Source: Azolla caroliniana (taxonomy: Eukaryota > Plantae > Polypodiophyta). From it: a stretch of DNA of 64,000 nt. The notes beneath the pieces are model-generated. The model searched no databases and was not told the origin of the DNA. It saw nothing but the letters and a program-made list of their open reading frames with translations. Position numbers and translations under genes: made by a program. The stretch covers positions 11,842,001-11,906,000 of the forward strand of contig JBHGNT010000011.1 in assembly GCA_043228905.1 (NCBI GenBank), written 5' to 3'. Positions 63,871-64,000 of this stretch are shown in pieces (positions within the stretch are counted from its first letter, which is position 1; the number at the start of each line of letters is the position of its first letter).

Positions 63871-64000
63871 AAAAAGCGAGAGATTGATTGACTTTATAAC
63901 ATGGTGAAGTTTGCACTAAAGAAGGGTTTATGGATATATGGACCTAGGACCATTGGATGACTATTTTAATTGAGGACCCCATATTGCAATGTTATAGGTC

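Overview
Eukaryotic land-plant genomic DNA; the TE repertoire suggests a non-seed plant such as a fern or lycophyte, which is inference. Bases 1 to ~49.7 kb are a deeply nested transposon stack. It holds two related non-chromovirus Ty3/gypsy elements with a large extra ORF after pol, a very young GC-rich gag-less Ty3/gypsy element with intact pol, three Ty1/copia elements, a hAT transposon, a full-length RTEX/L2-like LINE, Tcn1-like chromovirus relics and solo LTRs. Bases ~50.0-61.5 kb hold an intact 13-exon LCMT1 gene (leucine carboxyl methyltransferase 1, 340 aa). The main observations are: (i) the young gag-less gypsy has a tRNA-Trp PBS, a 4-bp TSD, fungal-like pol and a G-GAU-UUU -1 frameshift signal located after the protease; (ii) two insertions are flanked by giant 291-bp and 153-bp duplications; (iii) one gypsy family has a conserved non-purine motif where the PPT should be, plus a conserved ~900-aa extra ORF; (iv) two copia elements share a charged post-RNase H extension and hairpins around the PPT; (v) four unrelated tandem duplications in and near LCMT1 all have a ~200-bp period. 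All coordinates and mismatch counts were read by eye.
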